A DNA stretch of 64,000 nucleotides from a virus. The position numbers and the translations under genes were made by a program. The DNA is taken from the IMG/VR virus record IMGVR_UViG_3300036795_000108, positions 1-64,000 of that record, one strand, 5' to 3'. The notes beneath the pieces were generated by a model, which had not been told where the DNA came from, ran no database searches, and saw nothing but the letters and a program-made list of their open reading frames with translations. Positions 1 through 10,027 of the stretch are shown here, piece by piece; positions within the stretch are counted from its first letter, which is position 1; each line of letters begins with the position of its first letter.

Positions 1-23
1 GGGCGCCGACGATGAGGAAGGCG

Positions 24-944
24 TCAGCCGGCAGTCGCGGCGCGGCCTTCCTCGAGCGTTGGCGGCGCCGCGGCGCCCAGCCGCTCGGCCATCACGTCGC
101 AGAACGTAGCGCTGAGATCGACTCCAACCGAGTTCAGATTCATCGATCGCGCGACGGCTAGCGTTGTGCCGCCGCCCGCGAACGGGTCCAGCACAGTTCC
201 GTCCGCGGGGCACCCGGTGCTGAGGCAGCGTCGGACCAACGCCTCGGGGTAGGGAGCGTAGTGCAGGCCTCGTGTGCTGCTGCGCCGCTCAGGTTCGATC
301 TGCCAGACGTCCTCTTCACCCTCGAGGCCGTCGCGGTCAAAGTGGTAGCGGACCCCTTTCGAGAAGAGGAAGAGGTGCTCGTGCTGTCGCCAGGGGCGAT
401 CGTGGGCAGTCGGTTCGGGCATCGCGCTCCGCCTGACCCAGATGATTTCAGAGCGCAGTGTCCAGCCGCTATCGGCCAGCGCCAAGGCCACACGCCACGG
501 GATCCCGAGCAGGCTCTTGCGAGGCACTCCCAGCCCAGGGCCGTCGACAGCGCGCAGTTGGCGGCGGGCAAGGTGTCGGGCGGTGTGCTTGCTGTCGCGG
601 CCATGGGGTCGACCCTTGGCGTTGTAGAACGTGTCCCCAAGATTGAGGAACATCACGCCCGTTGGCTTCAGCACATGCGAGACGCCCGCGAACACTGCGA
701 GCAGGTTGTCCACGAACCCCTGCACCGTAGGCTCCATCCCAAGCTGGCCGTCAACGCCGTAGTCCCGTTGCCAATAGTACGGCGGGCTGGTTACGACGCA
801 GTCGATGCTCTCCGCCGGGAGCTGATGCAGGATCTGGCGGGCGTCATCGCAGTAGACCTTCCACGAGGGCGAGTCCTCAGGATGGCTCTGGACGTACGGT
901 ATCGGCGGGTTCGAGTCGCTCACTCGGCCTCTCTGTCTGCGCAA
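24..944 (-). CDS. DNA methyltransferase, N4-cytosine/N6-adenine family (beta order)
   Basis: DCVVTSPPY catalytic motif precedes VLDPFAGGGTT SAM-binding motif; true start may be the GTG near 923. Confidence 0.9.
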   Translation of the reverse strand: MRRQRGRVSDSNPPIPYVQSHPEDSPSWKVYCDDARQILHQLPAESIDCVVTSPPYYWQRDYGVDGQLGMEPTVQGFVDNLLAVFAGVSHVLKPTGVMFLNLGDTFYNAKGRPHGRDSKHTARHLARRQLRAVDGPGLGVPRKSLLGIPWRVALALADSGWTLRSEIIWVRRSAMPEPTAHDRPWRQHEHLFLFSKGVRYHFDRDGLEGEEDVWQIEPERRSSTRGLHYAPYPEALVRRCLSTGCPADGTVLDPFAGGGTTLAVARSMNLNSVGVDLSATFCDVMAERLGAAAPPTLEEGRAATAG

Positions 945-1022
945 CGTGAGATGGTTGGATCCGACTGCAGCAGTCTGACTGCGGCACCGGACGGAACGAT
1001 CGGTCGCCGCTTTGGCTGGACA

Positions 1023-1445
1023 TCAGCGACCCGTCTCGACCTTCCAGACCTTGACAGCGCCCGGCGCGTCCTTGCCGCAGAGCTCGAACGACGGATCACG
1101 CTCTAGATCGGGCTCCCAGCCGGCCGGCGGCTCGTCGGGCGGCATGGTGCTGCCGTCATCGAGCGGCACCCAGTGGCCCTCGACCATCTCGCCCCGGTCA
1201 TCCCACCACCGCTCGCCCGCGCCGTAGTCCCAGATCTCCTGCGGGCTCATCCAGCGGGCGTAGACGGTCTCGCACCGATGGTCCTTGAAGTCGCCACCGT
1301 GCTCACCGGCGGTCTGGCTGATCGCCGTGGCCCGCTTGACGTACCGCGAGTCGTAGAGCACGTGTGTCGGATCGTCGTAGTCATAGCCGACCACGCAGCC
1401 GCTGAAGCTGGGGATCTCGGCCAATTGGTCTGCCTGCCCGGTCAT
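1023..1445 (-). CDS. Hypothetical phage protein
   Basis: GGAGG RBS 7 nt before ATG at 1445 (MTGQADQLAE). Confidence 0.55.
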   Translation of the reverse strand: MTGQADQLAEIPSFSGCVVGYDYDDPTHVLYDSRYVKRATAISQTAGEHGGDFKDHRCETVYARWMSPQEIWDYGAGERWWDDRGEMVEGHWVPLDDGSTMPPDEPPAGWEPDLERDPSFELCGKDAPGAVKVWKVETGR

Positions 1446-1457
1446 CCGGTCGCCTCC
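1429..1457 (-). repeat. 29-bp gene-start repeat, copy 1
   Basis: GGAGGCGACCGGATGACCGGGCAGGCAGA; 28/29 identical to 2008-2036. Confidence 0.85.
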
Positions 1458-1628
1458 GTGGTCAAGGGGAACCGTCGGCCGCGTGCGCCGCTGCTCATGG
1501 GACCACCAGATACCCGACGCGGCCATGCGGCCCATAGCACCACGCCTCGATCATGTAGTAGCCCCCGCACGGATGCGGCTCCCAACTCTCGACGGCGATG
1601 CAGTGGCTTGGCAGGAGGCACTTGAAGT

Positions 1629-2024
1629 TCATGCGAGCCTGACTTCCTGCCGCCCAATGCCGGTCACCTTGTGCGATGGGTGGTCTAGGGTCCAGCAGCA
1701 GGCGTCACGAAACCGCGTGGCGAGATATCCGGACTGCGTCCAGTCGAGGTGCGCGCGGCACGCTTCGGCGAGCGTTTCGTGCGCGTTGCCCTTACGCCAC
1801 CATCGCACCCAGTTGCAATTGAGACCACCATGACCGACCCAGAGCTTCCCGGAGCTGGAACGGGCGATGATGATGCCGTCGTCCCCGCCGATGTTGAACG
1901 CCTCGCCGCGAGGGAGGTCGAAGGCCTTGAGAATGAGGTCCGCGACGAGCTGCGCATCGCGGTCGGACAGCTGCCGGCGGTCGAGCCCCAGCATCTCCAA
2001 CAGTCGATCTGCCTGTCCGGTCAT
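1629..2024 (-). CDS. Hypothetical phage protein
   Basis: GGAGG RBS, ATGA overlap with upstream gene, starts MTGQADRLLE. Confidence 0.55.
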   Translation of the reverse strand: MTGQADRLLEMLGLDRRQLSDRDAQLVADLILKAFDLPRGEAFNIGGDDGIIIARSSSGKLWVGHGGLNCNWVRWWRKGNAHETLAEACRAHLDWTQSGYLATRFRDACCWTLDHPSHKVTGIGRQEVRLA

Positions 2025-2036
2025 CCGGTCGCCTCC
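2008..2036 (-). repeat. 29-bp gene-start repeat, copy 2
   Basis: GGAGGCGACCGGATGACCGGACAGGCAGA. Confidence 0.85.
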
Positions 2037-2392
2037 CCGCTGACGATCCGCAAACCCTCGATCGCGTCCAACGCCAACTCCGGCAGCTCGCAGATATCGC
2101 CCGCATCGTCGTGGCCGGTCAGCACCAGGTCGCCGCAGATGTAGTCGTGGATGAAGCTCGGCGACAGCAGCGTCGTCGCCCGAGTGTTGACCGGCAGGCT
2201 CTGGATCTTGCCGCGCTCATTACAGAACGCGGCGACGCTCCCGGGCTCGCCAACCCACTCCGGTACCGGTGGGGACTCAAAGTAGCCGCCGACGATCTCC
2301 TGGATCACCATCGTGTCCGAGCCAGGATCACCCGACAGGTCGATCTCGCGGATCGGCTCGGCCCTGTCCGCGGGTATCACGAACGCTTTCAT
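2021..2392 (-). CDS. DUF3846-like phage protein
   Basis: IQEIVGGYFE...CNERGK..LPVNTRAT...ICGDLVLTG pattern. Confidence 0.7.
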   Translation of the reverse strand: MKAFVIPADRAEPIREIDLSGDPGSDTMVIQEIVGGYFESPPVPEWVGEPGSVAAFCNERGKIQSLPVNTRATTLLSPSFIHDYICGDLVLTGHDDAGDICELPELALDAIEGLRIVSGEATG

Positions 2393-2712
2393 CCGCGCCG
2401 CCCGTCTAACTCGCGCTCGACGAGCTGCTCATGCCGGTCGTCGGTGCAGCCATGCACCAGGCAGTCAGCATCCGCCTGCAGCACGTCGCCGTGCGCTGAG
2501 AGCACGCACGAGCAGTCGCTGACCGTCGGCTCCTCGACCTCCCGTACGATCTCATGCGGACGTACCGCGATCGCGCGCTGCCCGCCGCCGGCGAGCGTCA
2601 GGCTGACCCAGCCGTCCTCCGCGACGAACAGCACCGTCCCCTGATACGCGACGCAGCCCATCGGCGGCGGGCGAGCCTCGCGGACACGGTCATCCCTTCT
2701 GAACTCAGTCAT
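2389..2712 (-). CDS. Hypothetical protein with C-terminal CxC...CxxH
   Basis: AAAGGA RBS before ATG 2712; lies downstream of promoter copy at 2759. Confidence 0.55.
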   Translation of the reverse strand: MTEFRRDDRVREARPPPMGCVAYQGTVLFVAEDGWVSLTLAGGGQRAIAVRPHEIVREVEEPTVSDCSCVLSAHGDVLQADADCLVHGCTDDRHEQLVERELDGRRG

Positions 2713-2758
2713 CAGTCGTCCTTTCGTGGGTTCCCCCGTTCGGGAGGGGCACATGCGT

Positions 2759-2768
2759 GAGTATAACG
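2759..2768 (-). promoter_or_regulatory. CGTTATACTC promoter motif (-10 TATACT), with CCCGAAC leader hairpin
   Basis: Exact 10-mer; TTGCCG-N18-TATACT. Confidence 0.8.
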
Positions 2769-3193
2769 GAGGATTCGGACGGACGGCAAGATCCCGTCTA
2801 AGGCTACCGCCGCCACCACCCGCGGGACGAGGCCCGCAAGCGCCGCGCAGAGGCCCAGCGTTCCCGCGAAAACCCAGTTCCAAGCGGAGCCGTCACCGAG
2901 CGCGTAGACGAGATTCCGGGCGAACAGCAGCACGAAGACGATCGTCTCAGCGAAAACCAAGCGCCGGTCCCGGCGCCGGTCCCGGCGAGCGCGGCGCAAC
3001 GCGAGATGGACCCCCCGGGCGATCGCCGCGTCATCATTCGCGAGCGCGCCCGGAGCGACCTCCTCCCGCGCCAGCAAGACCGCGACGACGCCCTCCGAGC
3101 GCAGGTCAAAGCTCCCGGCGCCCAAGTCATTAGCGACCGTCCCGTCATGCGCGACGCCATCCTGCCCGAAACGGATGTCGCGCCCAACCGGCA

Positions 3194-3498
3194 TCACGCA
3201 GACCGCGGAGTCAGCTCGCGCGCCTTGACCCACGCGGCAACCTCCATCCCGCACGCCGCCTTACCGAAGTAGTAGCGCGGGAACCATCCGCAAAATCGAC
3301 GGTCAGGACACGCGGATCGGTCTGGTCGACCTTGACGATGAACCGGCCCCGGTCGCAGTAGGGCGGCCGGATCTCGATCGACACGCGGCACTGCTCGAAC
3401 AGCAGGTCCACGTAGGTGCCGTGATCCTCCATGCTGACGTCCGGGAGCAGTGCCCGAACGCCGGTCCTGACGAACGCGAGTTCTGTCGCAGCGCTCAT
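3194..3498 (-). pseudogene. Frameshifted phage protein
   Basis: ...VDFADG continues in the -1 frame as FPRYYFGKAACGMEVAAWVKAR; one base missing near 3283. Confidence 0.6.
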
Positions 3499-4476
3499 CG
3501 ACCGCTGCGTCAGCTAGTCGCGGTCGTCGGACTCGCGAACTCCGAAAGCACCTGCGGCGTCGCCGTATCGAACCCGACGACGTCGAGCATCCCCGGATCC
3601 CGCGGATCGGCGATCGAGAACCCATTGCTGACCAGCACCCGTCAGTCTAGCTAGGTTCCCCGTCCCTGTCGACCGCGTCCGCACGGATCATGCCCGCCCC
3701 GCCGCACGAGTAGCCAGCACCATCCTCCCACGGCACCCACGGATGATTCTCACACACCAGTCCGCCGCCCTCGGCGATCCGCTCCTGGATGTCGTTGCTC
3801 GCGCCCGGGTACGCCTCGCAGATCACATCCGCCCGGTTGACGTTCCTGCCTATTTGCGTCATCACACGTCCCTCAGTCGTTGCGGGTTGTGCGGGAAGAA
3901 CGCCTTCATGATCTGGACCGGCGTGTAGGGCAGCTCGTCGCGGTGCTCAGCACACCAGTGCAGGACCTGCCGGTTCGTTGTTCCGTCAAGGGGGGCGCCG
4001 TGCTCCTCAAGGATCGCGATGAGCGTCGATCTCATTCGATGCGATGTCCGCCGCCTTGAGATGGATGTCAACGCGGCGCAGCCACTCGGCGAAGTCGGCC
4101 CACGGGATGTCCTCGTGATTGGACGTGGTCTGGGTCCTAAGCATCGGAGCCATCCGGGTTGCGGGAGCGAATGGCCTTCAAGTTGCTGATCACGGCCAGA
4201 TCCCCTCATAGGTATCAACGATGCGTTGGGCAATCTGCTTGACGGGCGTGCAGCGACCGTCAACCTCCCACGCCTCCAGCACCTGCGTAGCGCGGCGCAC
4301 GGGCTCGTCATCTGCGTCAGCGTCGAACCAATGAGCGACGACTTCACGCGTCGCTTGGTTGCCGCCCTTCAGTGGGTAGTACGTGCATGGCCAAGAACAG
4401 GAGAGCCATCCCGCAATGCCTGTAAGCAATTCGCTGCGGGTCCGAAGCGACGAGCTTTCGCTATTGCCTGAATGCG

Positions 4477-4779
4477 TCATCGCCCCTCCACCAGGGCGCG
4501 CATCGCTGCCCGTCCCTCGGGTGACCTCGCCCACTGGTCGCTCTCCTCTTTCGTCGCGTCGAACTCACCGGCGATGACGCGCTCGGCGAGCGCCATAGCT
4601 GTCGGGAGCATCAGGCTGCGCAGTTCATGGACGAGGAGATGCTCGGGCATCGCGTGCGGCGACTTGAAGTCATGGAACTCGTCTCAACGGGCGCGGACCG
4701 CGAGATCGCGGAAGCCCACCGCGTTCAACTCCTTCGCCAGTCGCTCGCTGCTCGGCTGGGGGCTATAGGAATGACTCAT
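4477..4779 (-). pseudogene. Phage protein with internal TGA
   Basis: 100-codon frame MSHSYSPQ...RAR*DEFHDFKSPHAMP...GEFDATKEESDQWARSPEG; in-frame TGA at 4684-4686; ends in ATGA overlap with next gene. Confidence 0.65.
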
Positions 4780-4951
4780 GAGCGCCTGCTCTCCGGCAGA
4801 CTGAGGCGCCATCCGGCCTCAAGAACCGATCGTGCGGCCGCGCAGAGACACTCGTTGCCGTTCGCATGGTGCTCGAGCGCGTACTCGATCGCGTCACGCG
4901 CCGTCTTCAGCCGATCGCTGTCACTTTGCTCGGGACGCGACTGCTCGGTCA

Positions 4952-5209
4952 TCAGGCTTCCTCTCCACGCTTGGGGGCTCCATCGGAGGTAGCTCCGACC
5001 GGAGGGATCGGCGGGTGGACGCGTCGAAGGCTCAGGATCTCCGGGTCAAGCAGGTTGCGGTCAGGCCACTTCCGGGCCACACCGAACGCACCCTCAGGAT
5101 CATGCTCGGCCTGCTGCTCGGCCACGTCGAACGTCCGCCTGTCGAGGATGGTCCCGGGCCACGCAGCCGAGTAGTCAACCCACGCCACGACCTCCCACCG
5201 CTCGGTCAT
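4952..5209 (-). CDS. Hypothetical phage protein
   Basis: ORF in a chain of ATGA-coupled minus-strand genes. Confidence 0.5.
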   Translation of the reverse strand: MTERWEVVAWVDYSAAWPGTILDRRTFDVAEQQAEHDPEGAFGVARKWPDRNLLDPEILSLRRVHPPIPPVGATSDGAPKRGEEA

Positions 5210-5566
5210 GGCAGCTTCCGGACTCCGGTGATCTTGAATCTCCCGGTCACACCGACGACCGGGAGCTCGTCAAGTTGCTGCTGGACGAGCTTCTGCGCAG
5301 CCTCGGGTGACTCCCCGTCCTCGACGTAGATCTCGGTCCCCCAATAACGATCGACGACCATGATCGTGACGCCGTAGTTGCGTTGCTCGGTCATGGGTTC
5401 ACGCTCTCCCACCACACACCAACGCGCTCGGCCCCGTCGAACACCTCGACGACCCGGAACGGTCGAGACAGAAGAAACACGACCGCCTCCCGCACCGAAC
5501 GCTGAACCGTCACGCCCCGCACATGCAAGCCGCCGGCATACCAGGCGTCATAGCCGAACCGGCGTC

Positions 5567-5914
5567 TCACGACCGCTCGAAGTGAGCGACGATCGCGTCC
5601 AAGTCCTCGCCCGACAGGACGTCGACATGCTCGGTGCCGTCCAGCCCCAACGGGGCGAGGATCTTCGCCGCGCGCAACGGCCCGACCTCCCGGACCGCCA
5701 TCAACAACTCCGCGACCTCCATCCGGCCGACGACACGCACCCCGCCGATCTCATCCGCGTCCGCGCCACGCGCCCCCTGGCGCAGCGCATCCCCCACCGC
5801 CATGTTCCCGGAGTGGATGCTCGCCTTGACCGCCGCGCGCGCCTCACGGGCCTGCAGGGCGTGCTCAAGGCCACGCTGCGTCTCCTCCTCGGTCAACTCA
5901 TGCCGGTCGGTCAT
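5567..5914 (-). CDS. Actinobacterial integration host factor (mIHF/sIHF)-like protein, acidic variant
   Basis: LTEEETQRGLEHALQAREARAAVK...VVGRMEVAELLMAVREVGPLRAAKIL parallels mIHF LTDEQRAAALEKAAAARRARAELK...VLGKMKVSALLEALPKVGKVKAQEIM (recalled); GAGGAGG RBS. Confidence 0.75.
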   Translation of the reverse strand: MTDRHELTEEETQRGLEHALQAREARAAVKASIHSGNMAVGDALRQGARGADADEIGGVRVVGRMEVAELLMAVREVGPLRAAKILAPLGLDGTEHVDVLSGEDLDAIVAHFERS

Positions 5915-5915
5915 G

Positions 5916-6344
5916 TCAGTCCTCCTCATCGTCCTGGGCCCTAGCGGGCCGGTTCGGGAATACCGGCGGCATCGCGACCGTCGGCTGCAACACCTCCGTC
6001 AACTGGTCCTGGGTGTTCGGCGCATCCTCCTCGTTCCGGGTCCTCGTCGCCGGCACGCTGGTGGCTTGGATCGAGCCCTCGTAGACAAACCGGGGGACCT
6101 GCCCATGCTCCCGATCCACCATCGCGTTGAAGTCGTCCAGCGGCCTCAGCCAATAGCCGATGTCAGAGAAGCTGAGCAAGGAACCCGGTGTGAGAGGCCG
6201 ATAGACGACGTGGATCTCGCCCTGCAACGTCGGGCCGGGACTCAGGTCGAGCTTGACCAGCGTGTGCTCAACGATGCCCAAGCCGAGAACCTCATACTCG
6301 CCGCCCTTGTAATGCCGGTAACGACCGGGGCCCTGATAGGCCAT
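5916..6344 (-). CDS. DUF1653 domain protein
   Basis: GRYRHYKGGEYEVLG...VVYRPL...WLRPLDDF...PRF. Confidence 0.85.
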   Translation of the reverse strand: MAYQGPGRYRHYKGGEYEVLGLGIVEHTLVKLDLSPGPTLQGEIHVVYRPLTPGSLLSFSDIGYWLRPLDDFNAMVDREHGQVPRFVYEGSIQATSVPATRTRNEEDAPNTQDQLTEVLQPTVAMPPVFPNRPARAQDDEED

Positions 6345-6372
6345 CTCTATCCTTCCGAATCCGGGTAGCGGC

Positions 6373-6382
6373 GAGTATAACG
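6373..6382 (-). promoter_or_regulatory. CGTTATACTC promoter motif
   Basis: Exact 10-mer, intergenic, upstream of the DUF1653 gene. Confidence 0.8.
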
Positions 6383-6466
6383 CGGCGCGAAACCCACGTC
6401 CCCGGAACGACCAAGACCCGCCGAAACGGGCCTTGGCGCGACCGGATCTCTCTCGCCCTTCGCAGT

Positions 6467-6706
6467 TTACAGGCCCTCGGGGCTGCGAGGAGTCGTCTTG
6501 CGGACAAGCTCGTCCAGGTTCGCCTGGGAGAATCTGCGCTGCCCACCGGGCGTCCGATACGACCGCAGGTAGCCCATGTCAGACCACCGCCGGACCGTCC
6601 CCAAAGACACGCCAAGCTGCTGGGCCGCCTGGCCGACGGTCAAGCCGAACGGCGGGTCGACGCGGTGAGTGGTCCGGCTGCCGCTCGCTCCGCTGGAAGG
6701 ACTCAA
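6467..6706 (-). CDS. MerR-type HTH (BldC/excisionase-like) DNA-binding protein
   Basis: LTVGQAAQQLGVSLGTVRRWSDMGYLRSYRTPGGQRRF. Confidence 0.85.
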   Translation of the reverse strand: MSPSSGASGSRTTHRVDPPFGLTVGQAAQQLGVSLGTVRRWSDMGYLRSYRTPGGQRRFSQANLDELVRKTTPRSPEGL

Positions 6707-6711
6707 GACGA

Positions 6712-7437
6712 TCAGAGTTCCTTCTCGCCGTGGACGGCCACCTTCGCCACGGCCTCGTTGATCTGCACCCGTAGGCGACCGAAGGGCGCGGCGGCGGACG
6801 CCAGCATGTCGGCGGCCTCCTTGAGATTCGCGACCGTGGCGGGATCACTAAGCGCTCGCCGCATGTCCCTGAGATGCCGATCGAGCAACTCCAAGTCGTG
6901 CCGATCGACCAATGTCAGCCCGATCGGCGGCCGAAGTCTCGCCGCCGCGTTCTCCACGCTGGCTCTATCGTCGAGGTTCGCTTGCTGATGGCGATCCATT
7001 CCACCCTCGCAGGTGCGACCGAGCCCAATCCACACCACGTCGCACGGACTCGCCTCGTTCGCTCCATGCTCGTCAGCGATGCACGAGTGGACGTGGACAT
7101 CCTGCGGCCCGTAAGGACCGAAGCACCACGACATCCCGTGCGGGGCATGTGTCATGCGCATCGAAGGGGGGTCCTGCGCATCAGAACCCTCCAACTGCGC
7201 TAGCTCTCGCTGGCCGCGCTCCGTCAAAACGGGCGTAGGCCCAATGCCCGTCCGTCCGGGCGGATATTCATCGATCAGTCCGCGCTTCACAAGCAGGACA
7301 CGGGTGCGGCTGTGAGGAGCGCGCTCACCGTCGATTCCCCAGCGGTACACGTCCTTACGAAGCTGCATCCGTCCCTCCCTCACAGCTCGAAGGATGCGGA
7401 TCACCTCATCGCGATCCAGATCAACCTTGGCTGGCAT
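6712..7437 (-). CDS. Hypothetical phage protein
   Basis: 241-aa ORF with AGGAGG RBS. Confidence 0.55.
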   Translation of the reverse strand: MPAKVDLDRDEVIRILRAVREGRMQLRKDVYRWGIDGERAPHSRTRVLLVKRGLIDEYPPGRTGIGPTPVLTERGQRELAQLEGSDAQDPPSMRMTHAPHGMSWCFGPYGPQDVHVHSCIADEHGANEASPCDVVWIGLGRTCEGGMDRHQQANLDDRASVENAAARLRPPIGLTLVDRHDLELLDRHLRDMRRALSDPATVANLKEAADMLASAAAPFGRLRVQINEAVAKVAVHGEKEL

Positions 7438-7821
7438 TCAGTGCCCTCCTTCGCAAGCGCCCGACCAGGGACCCGACATAGACCTTTCCCGCGATGTGGT
7501 CGAAGATGATCGCCTCGCCGGGTTTGGGCATCGGCAGCGGCTTCTCAGCCATCCCAGTCCCTCCTCGTCCGGATGCAAGTCGCAGTTCGGGCACTCCGAA
7601 CGATCCTCATACGCCGGATCGATCCGCGTCGCCTTATGAGCGCCGGGATCCCACATCGTTCCGCACCGCCGGCACGTCACGCAACGATCCTGGGCTTGGC
7701 GCGTCTAACTCACCCAGCGCTGCCTGGACAGCCTCGCGCAGCCGCTCAAGCTCGCACAGCGGACAGAACGCATCCTCCATGTAGCCGACCAGATGACACT
7801 CATGGATGCTGCACTCAGCAC

Positions 7822-8451
7822 TCACGCGACCCGCTCCAAAGCCAGCAGCTCGTCCATCCGCGCAACGGCCTCGTCCCGCGAGATGTCCTCGTCGAGGTAG
7901 GCGAACGCGTACCAGCCGGCGGCGTGCGGCTTGAACCAGTCAGAGTGCGCCCACGGCCATACGCGCTCCATCTGCACGCGTCCCTGGATCTGCAGGTGGC
8001 AGCGTTGGCAGAGCGCAGCGAGGTTCCACCAGCGCAGGTCGGCCTTGACGCCGTTGAGGTGGTGGACCGTCAGGATGCGGTACTCGGCCTCCACCTCAAG
8101 CCACCGGCTGCCCGCGTGAAGCCACTGGCCGACCTCTGAAGGCGGTGTCGTCTCGGTCCACCCGCTGCGCTCATCGAGGCCGTTCCGGCACCGGCACGGC
8201 CCTTCGTGGAGGCAGTCGAGATCGCACGGCGACCAGCGACCCAATCCGGCGCGGACGCGGAACGGGTGGTGGCACCGCTCACAGCGATGGCCCGCCAACG
8301 CGCGGACGACATCCTTCACACCGCCCGGCAGAACCATGTCCGCCAGGTCCAGCAGCGGGTGGTCGATAGGTAGGTGATGCCACGCGAACGGGTAGCCGTC
8401 GGCGCCGCACTCGTTCGGCTCGTAAATCCGCAGAGCCTCCAGACCCGTCAT
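7822..8451 (-). CDS. HNH endonuclease-like protein
   Basis: HRCERC...LTVHHLNGVKAD...NLAALCQRCHL. Confidence 0.8.
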   Translation of the reverse strand: MTGLEALRIYEPNECGADGYPFAWHHLPIDHPLLDLADMVLPGGVKDVVRALAGHRCERCHHPFRVRAGLGRWSPCDLDCLHEGPCRCRNGLDERSGWTETTPPSEVGQWLHAGSRWLEVEAEYRILTVHHLNGVKADLRWWNLAALCQRCHLQIQGRVQMERVWPWAHSDWFKPHAAGWYAFAYLDEDISRDEAVARMDELLALERVA

Positions 8452-8858
8452 CCCAACTCCCCGGTAAAGCCCGGATGCTTCGCCGCCATATGCCGACGCA
8501 ACTGCACGAACGACCGCTTACAGCACGGGCACACCGCAGCGGCCGCACGCTTACGCGCTTTCGTTGCGGTCCCCTTGTACGCCCGCGCTGACGCCTGGGC
8601 CTGGTCACGCTCAGCCGCCAGCCGCGCGGCCCGCGAGCGCTCCGCGTCGAGCCGTCGCTTCAGCCGGTCGGACTCGCCCTCGCCGGCGATGACGTGGGTG
8701 TGTCCCAGCGGGCAGTAGATGCTGGTGTGCTTCCACCCGTTGGCGTGGTCTCGTTGCTGCTTAGCTCGAAGCTCGCTCGGGACCGCGTGGTACACCCCGC
8801 ACCAGCAGACGACCGTAACGAGCTGGCCGCTGTAGTTGATGGTCTGACTCGACATCAA
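8448..8858 (-). CDS. Zinc-binding coiled-coil phage protein
   Basis: CWCG, CPLGH and C-terminal CPCCKRSFVQLRRHMAAKH (C2H2-like). Confidence 0.65.
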   Translation of the reverse strand: MMSSQTINYSGQLVTVVCWCGVYHAVPSELRAKQQRDHANGWKHTSIYCPLGHTHVIAGEGESDRLKRRLDAERSRAARLAAERDQAQASARAYKGTATKARKRAAAAVCPCCKRSFVQLRRHMAAKHPGFTGELG

Positions 8859-9072
8859 ATCTCCTCGTCCGCGTTGACGATGTTGAAGGCAAGCGCTGGG
8901 ACCGCCTCAGACGACGCCCGGAACGACACGTCATCCTGCTCAACTAAGCCGAGCCAGATCAACGCCCGAAACGTCTCCGGCGGCCGCAGGTCATTCGCTG
9001 ACACCCAGCCATCGCGGCGGACAAGTTCCTCCAGCCAAGCGATCCCCTCAGCGCTCAACCGCATCTCCGAAG

Positions 9073-9402
9073 TCATCCGATCCCCAATTCTCGCTCAAGC
9101 TCGGCGACCCGACGCTCCCTATCGCGAAGCTCCCGCTCCCGGCGCTCGCGCTTCTGCGCCCTGGACTCGCCGGCAATCACACGAGCAACGCTATCCGCTG
9201 GCCTCTGCCAGAACGACATTCGGGCGATGACGAAGAACGGCCCTAGCCAGACGAGCGTCAGCGAGATCAGCAACAGCGCCGCGAGGTCGCCGGTCGTGAT
9301 CTCCTCCTGCTCATATTCAATCTCCGCGCGGCAGACCGCCCTCCATGACGCGAGAAAGACGAGTACGCCCGCACCGAGCCCAAGCCACGCGACCCAGCTC
9401 AT
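9073..9402 (-). CDS. Two-helix membrane protein with coiled-coil tail
   Basis: Two hydrophobic stretches; start chosen at MSWVAWLG downstream of the promoter copy. Confidence 0.55.
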   Translation of the reverse strand: MSWVAWLGLGAGVLVFLASWRAVCRAEIEYEQEEITTGDLAALLLISLTLVWLGPFFVIARMSFWQRPADSVARVIAGESRAQKRERRERELRDRERRVAELERELGIG

Positions 9403-9427
9403 CCAGATCTCCGTCGACTCATCGCCC

Positions 9428-9437
9428 GAGTATAACG
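9428..9437 (-). promoter_or_regulatory. CGTTATACTC promoter motif
   Basis: Exact 10-mer, intergenic. Confidence 0.8.
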
Positions 9438-9463
9438 CAGCGTCAACCCGCCGGGGGTTTCCC

Positions 9464-10027
9464 TTATGCGTCCGCCGGAGCCTGGACAGCCTCCGGGCCC
9501 GCAGCGATCGCCAACGCCGCAGCCGACCCGAACTCAGCCAGCTCCCGCCGACGAGTCTCCGGATCAAGCACCCGATCGGTCGTCGTCGTGACTCTCGCCT
9601 CGATCTCCTCCCGACGACGCCAGCGAGCCGGGAACCGACGCTCCAAGATCGTCATATACGCCTGCCAGCCCGGCTTCCCCTGACGACAGTTCAGCAGCAG
9701 AGCCGTCTCAGCTTCACCCTCGGCGCCTTTATAAGCGTCCCGGAACCACACGAACAAAGCCATCTCATCGTCAAGCGATTCGAGTTCTTCCTCGGTCGCC
9801 TGATCCCATTCCTCGGCCTTCGCGGCCCACTCATACAGCCGGGCTTTGCTGACCCCGCGGGTTTGGGCTGCGATCTCGACGTAGACGCCCTGGCGAATAA
9901 GAGCGATGATGCTGTCCGCCAGCTCGTAGGTCAGTTTCGTGGGGCGGCCCGGCCGGCGTCTCGGTCCGTAGGGGCTCGGCGCCTCGCGTGTCCTGCGGGG
10001 CTTAGCGATCGTTGCGTTGGCCGGCAC
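9464..10027 (-). CDS. Terminase small subunit-like HTH protein
   Basis: PGRPTKLTYELADSIIALIRQG...AA..GVSKARLYEW...WQAYMTILERRFPARW. Confidence 0.7.
   Translation of the reverse strand: MPANATIAKPRRTREAPSPYGPRRRPGRPTKLTYELADSIIALIRQGVYVEIAAQTRGVSKARLYEWAAKAEEWDQATEEELESLDDEMALFVWFRDAYKGAEGEAETALLLNCRQGKPGWQAYMTILERRFPARWRRREEIEARVTTTTDRVLDPETRRRELAEFGSAAALAIAAGPEAVQAPADA

Noticed and set aside
4684-4686. In-frame TGA as stop-codon recoding or selenocysteine
   Set aside because: TGA is clearly used as a stop in many ATGA/GTGA gene overlaps; this is a single instance, and no suppressor tRNA or SECIS was recognised.
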